DNA of 51,175 nucleotides, counting the filler, from Bipalium vagum (lineage: Eukaryota), in the NCBI GenBank assembly GCA_037834085.1. It is 2 parts of 2 records of this genome, joined end to end, with 100 filler letters (N's around TTAATTAATTAA, not from the genome) between each part and the next. Parts side by side here need not be neighbours in the genome. Positions count along the whole stretch, not along the records: positions 22,816 to 51,175 come from JBBMKC010055737.1; 1 more part is not named here. One strand, 5' to 3'. The position numbers and the translations under genes are program-made. Below are positions 38,701 through 51,175 of this stretch, one piece after another. The stretch's first letter is position 1; each line of letters opens with the position of its first letter. Under the pieces are notes generated by a model. It saw only the letters and a program-made list of their open reading frames with translations, ran no database searches and had not been told where the DNA came from.

Positions 38701-39060
38701 AACTATAAATTTAGTGTTAATTTGAAAAAATTTAGGTTAAGAATGAATTTAATATTAGAATGAATGGTTAAGATCAATACTTATTGAATATAATTAATAA
38801 TACATACAGATTACAGGTTTTAAAATAATGATAAAACAAAAATGGCACAAAATTTAAAATGTGGAAATTGATTAAGATGAATTAATTTTAGCGGATAATT
38901 ATGTTAATGTGTAAGGGGAAGCTTCAAGTAAAAATTGTTTACTTAAAAATAAATTATGCACAATTTAGACAGTGAGATGAATCTGAGGTAAAATAGAAGC
39001 GTTACAGCTTGGTTCTCACACAAACCCCATACAAATTAACAAATTAAAATAACTCGGTGA

Positions 39061-39500
39061 TATACACTCCGTCTAATAATTTTAGACGCACTATAAAAAT
39101 CAGCATGGACAAGAGAAAATAGAAATTTATAATAGAAATAATAATATATTTACATTCTAATAATTATTTTATATCATTTATAAATGATTATAATTTATCA
39201 ATGATTATTATTATTATAAATGATTATAATTATTTGTAAATGAAACATGTTAAGTCACCGTCAAATAATTTTAGTCGCAACGTGAAAATTTTATTATGAG
39301 AAACATTTTCAAACAATAATTGACGCATACATATCTAATTAATAGCCTGTCATGCCTCCTTTAGCACACCCGACTTTAAAAACTCGTTTTGACATTGACA
39401 TGGTGAGATCTTCCAGCAATGATTTAGGAATAAAAAAATCGCTTTCTTAAGTTGATCAACATCATAATACTGAGTCCCATTTGAATATACCATTTTAGTC
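39061..39500 (-). mobile_element. Tc3-like 3' end with terminal repeat
   Basis: LTKMVYSNGTQYYDVDQLKKA...LEDLTMSMSKRVFKV...GGMTGY*. TACACTCCGTCTAATAATTTTAGACGCA at 39063 has an internal copy at ~39256 (IR/DR-like). Confidence 0.65.
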
Positions 39501-40118
39501 AAATTTTACTATTTTAAAATATAAAATCTTTTTATATGTTAATAATATTTTAAATAACAGTACTAATACTACTAATAAACATAAATAAATAAATCTATTT
39601 TTAAAAGAAAACTTTGAATAGGTGGAATATTCTTTAAAATGAAGAAAAAATACGATATGCATAAACAAAAATTTTTTAAAAATTATTTTTTTTGAGTTTT
39701 ATGTTAATTATTAAGATGAGAGTCTCCACATAATAAAAATACAATGAAACCTATTAATTTGGGCACCTCTAAATCTTTTTAATAAAAATTAAATATTGAC
39801 TTTTTTCATGAACCCTTTATATTTTGGGAAAAATGTTCCGTCTCAGTGGTGCTCAACATTGACAGGTTTCATAATACTATAAAATTTAATTTAATATCGC
39901 ATATTTTCTTGAATATTTCATTTATTTAATATGAATTTCAATACTCAATAGTCAACAAAATAAATATTTGTTAAATACTTTATATCTGATTTTTTCTATC
40001 GATTGACTTATTTAAGAGTTCATAAATTAGTTGTCATTGACAATGTACATGAAAATCGAGAAACCTTTAATAATTACACGAATTTTAAAAAATTTATTAT
40101 TAATACAAGTGATCCAAA

Positions 40119-41010
40119 CTAATATTTAGTAGCATAACCATAACAGCTGCACATCTGCGAGGCATTGAGTCAACAAGTTTAATTAATTTTTCTAAAGGAA
40201 TTTTAATTTAACTTTCCTGTAAATTTCTAAATAAATCTTTATTTATTGGATATCTTTTTAACTCGGATGATACGATCAAGCTCCTCCCATAAATGCTCAA
40301 TCGGATTAAGGTCCGGACTTTGACTAGGCCACTTCATAACACGAATTTTGTTGCGTTCTAGCGTTTGTTTAATAACGTTGGATGTGTGTTTGGGGCCGTT
40401 ATCGTGCTGAAATATCCAGCCTTCTTTCATAGTTTCATGTGCAAATGGAATCATTGTATCCTTAATTATGGTATCATATATTTGCATGTTCATGATGCCG
40501 TTTATTTGAATAAGAGGTCCGATTCCATCTCTGGAAAAACAACCACATATCATGAAATTTCCTCCACCGCGTTTAATAGTTGGAACCTGATAGCTTATAT
40601 TAAATCTTTGGTTAACAGATCGAAGAACATATAGAATACCATCACTAGATAGCAAATTAAATTTGCTTTCGTCACTCCAGAGCACCTTAGACCAATCTTG
40701 AATTGTCCAATCTTTATGAAGGCGATCAAATTCCAATCGGATCATTCGACGTCTTGCAAATAGTCCAGAAGATTGTAGACGTCTTTTTACAGTAGAAAGT
40801 CATTGTAATTATATAGTCATTATAACAACAAAATAAATGGATGTACGAAAAACTATCAAAATATTCTCACTTCTCTACCTGCTCTGGGTTCCTCGTTGAT
40901 CTACTTAGACTCTTAACGGTTTCTCTCTAGAAAAAAATATAGGTCTTAATAAAATTCATAATACAACATCTTAATCATGAAAACTTCGCAATCGACTCTT
41001 GAATATCTTT
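40119..41010 (-). mobile_element. Tc1 transposase pseudogene (DD34E)
   Basis: ORF 40239-40745 has [16 protein letters not shown] and [15 protein letters not shown], with 34 residues between D and E. After a stop comes LVDSMPRRCAAV...GYATKY. N-terminus disrupted. Confidence 0.92.
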
Positions 41011-41829
41011 TAATCAATTAACAATATTGCAAAGGCACAACCCAGACAACCCACGGATGGAAGGTTGATGTAAATAGCAGTGACTCCATGCTGGATAATG
41101 AAGTGAGGATTGTGAAGGTCTCCTTCAGAGCGTGCCAAAGGGAAAACCATGTAATTTATAAGCAGAGCTGCTATTTATTATACTGATTCGAAGGTTAATT
41201 TTTTCGTGTTAAACTTTTCAAGGTTTATTATTTTTTTGAGAATATAGTGAAATTTTCTGAGTAGTGAATGTATCAAGTACTAGGTTGCTATTCATGGAAT
41301 TTCAAGTATTAAAATAAAGTTTTTGAGGCGTCAATCATGAAGAAATTTCAGTTGTTAGAATAATATCTAAAAATGGAAGAGATGAGTAAGACGGGCCAAA
41401 AGATAGAATATTATTGAGGAAATTTTCCCCGCGTAAGTTTATGAAAATGCTATTACAGGAGATTTTTCTTATTATATGTTTTACGTATTTTCTTTTGATT
41501 GAGAATCAGTAAGAGTTTAGGAAAAATAGTTTGGCTAGTAGAAGGGAAATGAAGTGTCAAGATTATCTCTAAAAATGGTCGTTCTCACGATATGGTAAAT
41601 TAATAGTATTTGGTTTTTCAAATTCTTTTTTTCTTTTATATAACCTTTTTTTGTGTACAATATTGTGAAGAAAAGAAATTTTTAGGGGTTTGATCTAGAC
41701 CATTCATTTTTTTACTACTATTAATAGTTCTTTTAAAATATTTTTCATATTTTTATATATTATATGTTTTTACATATCTGTATTTTACATTTTTTATATT
41801 TTTACTTATAAAATTACAAAAATAAAAAA

Positions 41830-43480
41830 TTCAAATTTTCTCTTAAAAGATAAAAATAAATAAAATATAAAAACAAAAATAAGTAAGATCAAGAGTCAAA
41901 TTTTATCTTTAAAATAGAATTTAATAGTGGTTTGTGAAAAATATAAAACAAAAACTTCATTAAGAAGTCATTTAAAATCAAAAAATCAAAATGAAAAAAT
42001 ATTATTTTATTAAATTCTTATTTGATCAACTATCAAAATATAATATTAATGATCATGATTATTACAAAGAAAAATTTAATGAAGAATATAAAAGAGAATT
42101 ATAATATTTTAAAATTTAAAGATAGTAAAATTGAATTGAACAAAAAACCAATAAAAATATTTTCAATTTTAAAAATGAATTAACGAAAATATTAGTAAAT
42201 AATAAAAAACAAATCAGATATTTATAAAATGTAATCATGAAATTAATATTTCAGAATAAAAACAAAAAATAACATGTTCATATTATTTGAAATCAGAAAA
42301 AATAAATATGAAAGAAGAAATAAGAAATTCAATGTTATCAAATTTAGAACCATTAAATAAATATATAGAAGAAAGAAAACATACAGAATCAGGATGGAAT
42401 TTTGAAAAAATGAAATCAATTTGAAATCAATATCAAAGTTTAGTTGCTTCTTCATATTAGTAATTAACATTTAAATCAACAAATATTGTAAACATTAAAA
42501 ATAAAGATTTAGGATATTTACATTCAACAAAAGATCATAGTGATAGAGTAAATAATAAGCTTCCATATATAAATGAATTAGATTTTAATGATTTAATCTT
42601 TCCTGTGGAAATAAAAGATATAAAAGATTTTACTAAACACAATAATATTAAAGTAAATGTATTTGAATTATCAAAAGATAGTAGAAATGAAGATAATTAT
42701 GATTATGTGTAATGAGAAAATTTCAGATGAAGAGTTTTAAAATATTTATTAGGTTACAGAGATTTTAATAATTTAAAAGAATACACTTTAAATTACACGA
42801 AATTAGATAATTTAATCTTAACTGATTTTATGGAAAATATAAGAAAAATGATGAAAGTATTTTGATGTAGATTTATGCTACTGTTATTCGGCTTCAGATT
42901 AAGTTGGAATTGTAGATTAAAATTTGGTAAGGTAAATTTAAAATATTATAAAGAAAAAACAGGATTATTTATTATTAATATAACAAGGAATAAGAAAAGG
43001 GATATCAAGTGTCCGTGGCAATAGAAAAATAAAGTAAAATAATAAAATAACAAATATAAATTTTAGTGATAGTTAGGAACCTGGTAAATATGAATTTGAA
43101 AAAGTTATAAATGATTTCAAAAATAATAATTATGATATGACAAATTATTTTGAAGATATATAAAATATCATGATGCAGATTCCTTACATTCATGAATGAC
43201 TTTACCTTTACAAACAGGAGAAGTATATGAAGATTAGAATTTTAATTATAATAGATCATGGTCTCCTAATTTTTATTTATTATGTAGTCGATTGAGATTA
43301 TCTTTTGAATTTCATAATAAAAATAAATATTTTCCTTTCTGTCCAGAAAAAGTAAAAGTAAATGAAAATATGTTATCAAATTATCAGATTCGAAATAAGA
43401 CATAAAATACATTTAATGAAAAATTAATGTTAGTTCAATTTGATAAATATAATTAATAATAATATAATTAAGTTAGACTA
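41830..43480 (+). pseudogene. Decayed protein-primed family B DNA polymerase of a Polinton/Maverick/adintovirus-like element
   Basis: Collinear motifs ESGWNF, IVNIKNKD, ELDFNDLIFPVEIKDIKDF..NNIKVNVF, LDNLILTDFMENIRK, LSWNCRLK, GIRKGISS, YHDADSL and YFPFCPEK. These match, as recalled, SGW, NIKN.D, LNF.GI.FPV, DVLLLADVFENFRK, LSWDAMLK, GIRGGIS, YLDANNLY and P.CPE. Confidence 0.78.
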
Positions 43481-43599
43481 AGTTTGTTCGAATATTAAAT
43501 AAATAAATAGTTTTATAAAAAAATAAACATAAATATATAAAATATTTTAAAATTTTAAAAATAATAAATCTTTTTGAAATGAAAATTGTTACAAGTTAA

Positions 43600-46200
43600 T
43601 TGAAAGAAGATTTAACTGTTGACAACAAGGAAAATGTTAATGTCATCACTAGACAACAAGTAAAGAAGATGTTATTTATATATATTAAATGTTTTGCCAA
43701 AGAAAGTACAAAAATTTTTGTCATTCCAAATTCGCAAATTCGATGACTAATGCACCCAGGAGTCTGAGAAATGGCCCAAGGAGATCGAAGACTAGTTGTA
43801 CATAAATGAACTTGGCGTGATTGATTTTTTTACCTGCTAGTGGCGGATGAAGCCAAATTTTGTAGAAACATTTTAAATCGGAAGATGATACAGTATCTGA
43901 TGCTAAACAATTGTTTCCAGATACCTTTACCGTCAAGAAATCTTTCACAGACCTCATTATGAAGTTGGCAGAGGTTACAGAAAGAAGATGAGAGATTTGC
44001 AACTTTTGAGATTAGATTACGAGAACTACTGCTCAGTGTGTTAGACTCTGGTTTGATTAGAGACGAAATGATCAATGATCTCTTAACAAAGAGAGATAGA
44101 AGTGTGAGGTTAAAAGAGGCTTTAAGTTCGAGGCCAAATACTGATACAACAGAAATCGGAAGTTTGGCGAAGCCCTGAAACACAAGAGGAGTGTTGTCAA
44201 GTAAATTCCGTTTGCCAACAAAGTTATGTGGAAGCCACGCACGAGAAAGAAATCTTAAGATACACAACCTTAAGGAGGTTAAATTTCGGAGATTAAATAT
44301 TATAGCAACCGTGTCTTATAGTACCATAAGACACTACGTAAATTATAACACCGGGACATCGGAGCCTAGAAGGACCAATCCAAAAGTGTTAAGGGAACAT
44401 GTGGCGAGATGTTTATATAACAAACGAAAAGGTTTACTTGCACCAAGAGAGGTACAGTTGAATTCAGAACATTGTTTCTGCTGTGGTGGCAATAATCATA
44501 GAAGATTCGAATGCCCACTGAAAGGAAGATGTTTAATTTGTGGAAAACACGGAAACCAGTTTCTAGATTGTCATCTATTAGAAGAGGACTCGCGAGGACA
44601 GGGAAGGCTGATATTGTGTATACATGAGTAAATGAAAGATTCAATTTAAGACAGAGATAATTTAAAAACTGAAGGGGGTGAAAAAAACACTTACATTTCG
44701 TCTGTGGATTCAAATCATTAGAGAATTTTCAAAATCGGAATGTGAACAGCAAAGAAGCGATGTTCCTGGTAGAAAATGGACGACAATAGAGCCTAGTGGA
44801 GATTGATAGTATACAGTTGAAAATGTTGTGGGACTCAGGAACTTCAGTCACGGTGATGAGTGACGAGTATTGGAAGGAAGTTGGTATTCCGAAGTTAGTT
44901 AAGAGTGACTTGAACTTGTTTTCCATTTTAAACAATATCTATATGATTAGCGAATAAGGCCTTAGTTTTATGAATGACACAAAAAGACCCATCAGTCCCC
45001 ATTTCCAGACCTAGTTGGCGAATTTAGCATTATTCAATTTTGAGATCAGCTATAGGAAAGTCGAAGAGCACAGTAATGCTGAAGGTTTGTCAAGAATTTC
45101 GGATGTTTTATGTGCGCAATTCCAAACCCACCATAAGCCGGCAAAGACCAAGAAATCAAGAACTTGTTATTTAAATGTGTTGAGTGATTCGATTCATAGA
45201 TTAGAGGAAATTCAGCCTAGACAGGATAGTGATCAAACGACTGTGAAGTTTATAAAGTATATTACAGAAGGAAGACAGGTTCTACACCTTGAAAGAGAAT
45301 GGTCTTTTTCTGGTGAAAGATGATTTGGATGTCGTTGGTAAATTTAAGTTGTATGTCAGAATACTCGGGGAAAGTAGTAATTCCCGAGAGTTATGTGACG
45401 GAATTTGTACTTGTAATCCACGGAGATCTCTGTCATTTAGACAGCAAAAAACTATCATTATCTGGAGAACCATTATTTTTCACCAGCAAAGTGGAACTTC
45501 CTTAAAACGTACATGAAAACCTGTCTGATCTGTGTGAAGAGGAAAATAGATCAAACACGCACTAAACAGGTTTTGATCCTGAGACGTAGTGAGCCTTTTC
45601 TGGAACAAATTGTGGTAGACATTGCTTTTATGGAAAGGTCGATAGCTAGTTACAAATATGTCCTTGTCATGATGGATCGTTTTAATAGATTATAGAACTA
45701 TCTACAAAAAAAATTATGAACAACTGAGTTTATAAATTTGGAAGGCCGGAGAGTATTCTTTTAGACAGGGAATGCAATTTTGAGAGCGCTTGGCTGCAGT
45801 AGAAATGAAAAGATTTGAATATCAAACAGGAATTCAGTGCTCCTTATCAGCACCAATACAATGATCTTGTGAAGAGGATAATAAGAACGATTCGAGAAAT
45901 GATAACTACTTCATTAAAGTGTGGTTGTGAAGAAAACGACTGGCACAAACCGCTATCGAGGCTTGAGTTAAGCATTAAAGCTACCCAGCAAAGCTTGACA
46001 AAATTCTTACAGTTTGAAATCGTCTACGGTCACAAATTAAATATCCATTAGGTATTAGATGAAATTATCGGTATTGAGACGGATTTTACAAAGGAAGCGA
46101 AAGTAAATTTAAATATATTGCAGACAATTTGAAAGAGACAAACACTGACAATGAATTTTCTAGATTGGAGATTCAGCGTTGGTCATGGCAGATGCACACA
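43600..46200 (+). mobile_element. Ty3/gypsy retrotransposon, degenerate, RT core deleted
   Basis: Gag knuckles CFCCGGNNHRRFEC and CLICGKHGNQFLDC; protease LWDSGTSVT (~44826); RNase H tail FNFEISYRK..HSNAEGLSR; integrase IVVDIA..KYVLVMMDRF and SAPYQHQYNDLVKR. LTRs not identified. Confidence 0.88.
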
Positions 46201-46659
46201 AACGAAGAAGATGATTTTCAAACCTGAACCTCATCTTTTTTTAAAACTAAATTTCTTACTTTATAAAAATTTACCAACATTTATTTAAATATTTAAAAAA
46301 CTATAACTTTATAATTTTTAAAACTAATTAAAAACATTTAATGTGTTAATTTAAGCGCGAGGTCCTTATTTTAAAAACTTCAAGAAACCTATTTGTTCGA
46401 ATCACTTTTTATAAGTATTATTTATAAATTAGAAGAAATTAATAAGTCATATTTGTGAAATTCTACAAAAAAAATAATTATATTTTAGATTTACATCCAT
46501 TTGATAATAAAAGATGATTTATAAATAAGACAGAATTCAACTCATATAATTATAAAAAATTAAAATAATTAGGGACTAAAGTTCGTGGCTATCTTCAAAC
46601 AATTAAATCGATTTTGACATGAAAATTTTCATTTTTTTCTTTTAAAAATTGATAAATCT

Positions 46660-47140
46660 AAACCTCAATATTGATCATAAGTACGTTGTAAATTCTAAAA
46701 AATGCTCACAATGTTCTCAAATTAAACCTACATCTGAATTTTATTCCAAAAAAAATCAAAACTTGACATAAAATTAATGTTTCACAACATGGAAATATTA
46801 CAGAAAATAAAATAAAATGAATATCATAAATATAGAAAACATGCAAATACAATGTCAAAACTCAAACAAAATTTATATACTAGTTTAAAGATGTTTTTAA
46901 ATACAGAGAATCTGAAAAAATGTTAATTGGTTGTACTTTTGATTGTTTATATGAATAGATTGAATTTCAATTTTATGATGAAATAACATGGGAATGTCAA
47001 GGATGACATTGGTATATTGACCCTGTTCTTCCAATTTTAAATTTTAATTATAATAAAGAGATAATTTGAAAAAAGTTGGAATTGAATAAATTTAAAACCA
47101 TTAAAAGCTGATAAAAATTTATGAAAAACCAATGATTGAT
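46660..47140 (+). pseudogene. Virus-type Zn-binding + HNH/endonuclease VII-like gene remnant
   Basis: KKCSQCSQIKPTSEFY; KLKQNLYTSLK; LIGCTFD..IEFQFYDEITWECQG*HWYIDPVLP..INLKPLKADKNL. This resembles the LGC..IE.QF...MTW.N.G..WHIDHI.P...NLQPL...NL family of large DNA viruses and phages. Confidence 0.6.
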
Positions 47141-47319
47141 TATTGGGAATATATTTTTCAACAAATAAAAGATAAATATTTTAAAAAAATATGAAACAGA
47201 AATATTTAAAAATTATTTAAATTGATTTAATGTTTAAAAATATATGAAAATATAGAAATATATAAAATACAAATATATATTAAGTATGTTAGTATAATGA
47301 TTCCGGGTTAATTTTAAAG

Positions 47320-47680
47320 AAAAAAATGCAACATTACTTCCCGCAAATGACCTTTATTTGGAACAAAATAGGCCATTTTGAATTTTTGTATTATTTAAAC
47401 AATATCAGTTTACATAAAGTTTTTTATTGAATTATTAATATATGATCTTACAAATAACATATGATACCAATTTGAATGATTTGATCGAATTTTGGCATGT
47501 TAACCGGCCAGAACAAAGCGTCTTTGACGTCGAAATTTCCAGAGAGAAATCGATGGAACCATACACGGACCATTCTATCAAATACAGCATCTGCACCATA
47601 ACCCGTAACATTTTTTTCGCAGCCTGTGTTGCATTTTTGCTTTAATGAAATAAATTTTCACAAAGTATTTCATTTCTTTA
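47320..47680 (-). mobile_element. Two adjacent mariner 5' fragments
   Basis: KNATQAAKK..YGADAV..VWFHRFLSGNFDVKDA (47500-47645) and a Mos1-like start MAYFVPNKGHLREVML (47330-47376). Confidence 0.7.
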
Positions 47681-47859
47681 TTATTTATGTTTATTTTAAA
47701 CATAAATAATCTTTATTTATTAATAAAATGCCAAAGTTATTTGAGCAATTTGAATTTTCTAATTATTAAATTTATATAATTGAAATATTTTTTAAAAATA
47801 AAATATCAATACAAATATCTATAAAGTTTTTCGCCATCTATTCACAAAATCAGTCAAGT

Positions 47860-49101
47860 TTTTAGCTTTAGTCCTCTAGCCTTCACCACTTCTTTTAACT
47901 ACCGAGGGATTGACTCCTACAAATTATGGTAACTTCTGTTCGAATATCGTTCCATAACTTGAGGGTTAAATTCCATAAATATTCGGATGACATTATATTG
48001 AAGTTAGAAACAGTATTATCGATAATATTGATGTCAGGTGACTGCGGCGGCCAATCACTAAGAAATTTTTTTTCTGTTCCAGGTACGACATTGTAGATCA
48101 AGACGTATGACAGGATGCACCGTCTTGCATAAAGACAGAGTCTTTTACATACATATTCTGTAGTCCTTTTTCCAATGGTATTTGATAAGCAGTTGAATCC
48201 AATCACATTGGACATCAAATGAATATTCTGCTGCCATCACCTTTTGTGGCTCCCCATATCAAAATGAATATGCTACTGTTTACGGACATTTTCAATGATA
48301 TATTTGGGATCAAAACTATGCATGTGATCTTCTCACATACCGGTTATAAGATAAACTGATCTCAATGCGATATTCATCAGAAAAAAATTATACTTTTTCA
48401 TTGTTTGCTATCCCAATTGATGTAGGTCCTTGTTGTAGCACCACAAAACACGTCTCTTCAAATTTCGGTTACTCATGAGCGTTTTATGCTCACAAATTCT
48501 TTTGGGAAGTCCGGATGTGTTAAGATACGACTGTATAGTTCGTATTGTAACACTTCCACTTTCGTTGAACACTTCGGCAGCAGTGAAAAATGAGTTCTTA
48601 GAAGTGCGAGTTAGCAAATGTATCTCCCTTTCCGATAATTTTTTGGTTGACCTGTACTCTTTTTACTGATTCTAATCCAGTTTTTTGGAACTTCACTCTA
48701 ATATTGAGAGCCCTGCTAATTTTTGATTGATTTTCACATCTATGGAACATTTCCACAATTTGCTGCTTCACATCGATATTTGTTTTAACCACTTCCAAAA
48801 AATGTATTATACATTATTAAACTAAACATATTAAATTGCATTTACAAAAAAGTTACATTAAAATAAGTAATATTTTGAAATATATTAACTTACATAAAGT
48901 ATACAAAATTTGAATAAGTTAAAAAGTATTAAATGATATAAATCATTCAGCTTAACATTTCAAAATTTATTAATACGAATGCAGCGGTAATTAAATATCA
49001 TACCTTCATAATATTCATTTGAAAAAGGTTGTTTTTATTTGACTAAAAATTGCTAATTATATTACTTTTTAAAGTGTCGCTAACTTATTTCCGAACCTGT
49101 A
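47860..49101 (-). mobile_element. Defective Tc1-like transposon
   Basis: HTH ORF 48598-48798, TIRTIQSYL...RRVLWC, FSDE, WPPQSPDINII. Terminus TACAGGTTCGGAAATAAG on the minus strand at 49101. Confidence 0.8.
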
Positions 49102-51175
49102 ATTCATTTTTATCTTTTATTAATTTTTCCACTTATTTAAGAAAACATTTGAATTCTTTTGTAATTTTTTAAGTAAAATTATTAAAAATTATGTATAAAA
49201 ATGTATATGGTAAAGAATCGTATCATACTATACATACCTTACCGCACCTTGCTTTTATTATTACTTTCATTAGTACTTTTGTTTTCTTATAGAAAATCTG
49301 AGAATCTGAAAATATGAAAAATATCAAGATATAAAATAGAAAAAATTTAATAATATAGGAAATGTTAAAATACGAAAAATATAAATATACATTAATATGT
49401 TTTACTAATTCTAAATTAAAATTAAATAAACTTATTTTTTATATCCGATACCATGGTTACGTGAAATTCAAAAGAACTCTAACTGAAAAGTAAGATATTA
49501 TTTAGTTTATTGCTTATCATCGAAGAAAGAACCTCATGCCGATCCATGGCCGTTGTTATGACATTCCTTCAGTATCATAGTCATCAAACCATTCTACTTT
49601 TATTAAATATTCACTTTCTTTTTAGAATACATCATCTCAAATTGCTTGACGCCTAGAATTCATAATCTACCAAAATGAAGTTTTCTTTCTACACAAGAAT
49701 GACTTTTAATGCAATCCCGATTACTTGGAATCTTTTACTGAGTTCAATCAAATGAGTTTATGCGGCTTGCGGAAGTTCTGTCCTAACTCAACGAATACTG
49801 GATTCGAATCACAATTTAGAAATAAACTTGATAGTGAATCATCTGTTCATAGTTTGTATTGTTTAAAATATCTTTTAAACGTTATTGTTGTTCTTACTTC
49901 AACTGTTATTTTAATTAATAGTTATTTTAATTGATAGTTATTTTAATTAATAATTAATGTATTTTTTGTGCTAGCAGAATGTTTTCATGAAAATAACAGC
50001 AAAGTCTTAGTTCATATTTTTCTCCGACTTACCAAATATTTATAAATGTTTTAACATTTATATATTATATTTAATTCTTAAAGAGCTTTCTATATTTGTT
50101 ACGAAATCGATTTCTGTAATTCCAAAATAATTTAAAATAAAAAGAATTTTGGCGAATCTTTCAGCCTAAAATTGAGTTTTTAATATCAAGCATTATTTTC
50201 TGTGTTGCGAAAAATTTTTTTCACATGCTTCAGCCTAGTTTTTATATTTCCTGGTGATATTATCATGTTTTTAAAAATCTGACAGTTTTTCGATTTTACA
50301 AGCAAGACTAGAATATCAATATTATATATATACTACAGTCCTTAAAAAAGTTAACACCTTTGCATTTTCAGTAATTTGTTATTTAAACTACTATAAAATT
50401 AACAATTTTAAAAATAATCAGAAACAGTTTTTGCATCTTACAGAACAATGGTAACGAAAGCCAGTACACAAACTTAAAATTTAATTTCATGTAGAATAGT
50501 ATTGGGATACAACTTTTTAGTAAATGTGTTTTTTATTTAGTTGTCCGTAGGAATAATCATTAGGTATTTATTAAAAGTTACTTAAGCTTATAGATGAAAT
50601 ATAATTGAAATAAGTTTAATAATTTTGTTTAATTATACTTATATACTTAATTATACTTATACTTAAAATAAAATTCTTTCAAAATGAAAATTGCAAATTC
50701 AAAAATTTGACATTTTTTATATATAAAATAATACTGAAGTAAGATATTTTTAAAATTCACCATAAAGTATCTTTATCTTATGGTTAAGATATACAAAGCA
50801 ATGAATTCCACACACGTGGCTATTAATTATCAAATGAAAACCGTTCAAAGGTATGTGTATTTCGAGACTCAGGATGTAGGATGATTTTGGAAAAATATCA
50901 GTTATCATTCCCATATTGCTGTTCGTAAGATTATTTTAAAATATAACTATACATTCTAATTAATATTCTTTTTACACTAATTTCATTTAATAAATCGTTT
51001 TAAATTGTTTCACATATGTTAAATTTACAACATTATTATCATTTATTGGATCTGCTACATTCATTATTTTATTATTTATAATTCCGGTTAAAATTCCTTT
51101 CTCATACCCCCAGGGTCACTTTTGTTTATCTATTCTAAATAGATAATTATGTAACTAAGGAGTAATTTTAAATAA

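Noticed and set aside
42243-43193. Hydrophobic minus-strand ORFs resembling membrane or mitochondrial proteins
   Set aside because: Reverse complement of the A-rich pPolB remnant; compositional artefact.
1-51175. CRISPR arrays, rRNA, tRNA, prokaryotic operons
   Set aside because: None seen; the sequence is intron-containing eukaryotic DNA.

Overview
Very AT-rich eukaryotic (invertebrate animal) DNA. It is two contigs joined by an artificial N44-TTAATTAATTAA-N44 linker at 22716-22815. The left contig carries the 3' ~880 codons of a minus-strand slit gene in 15 hand-assembled GT-AG exons at 19469->3192. These encode LRR domains D3 and D4, EGF1-6, laminin-G and EGF7. The 5' exons and the C-terminal cystine knot are not visible. 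Slit introns are either tiny (43-54 nt) or 0.9-4.2 kb, and the long ones mostly hold decayed transposons (mariner, Tc1/IS630, gypsy, possibly hAT). A Penelope remnant lies downstream of the gene. The right contig has no recognisable host protein gene and is a transposon graveyard. It holds Tc1/Tc3 and mariner fragments, plus a decayed Polinton/adintovirus-type pPolB and a virus-type Zn-finger/HNH endonuclease gene flanking an RT-deleted Ty3/gypsy element. Base composition, tiny introns and mariner load suggest a planarian-like flatworm, but that is inference only. I found no intact novel multi-gene system. The best leads are the endogenous virus-like element and the unusual Slit architecture.
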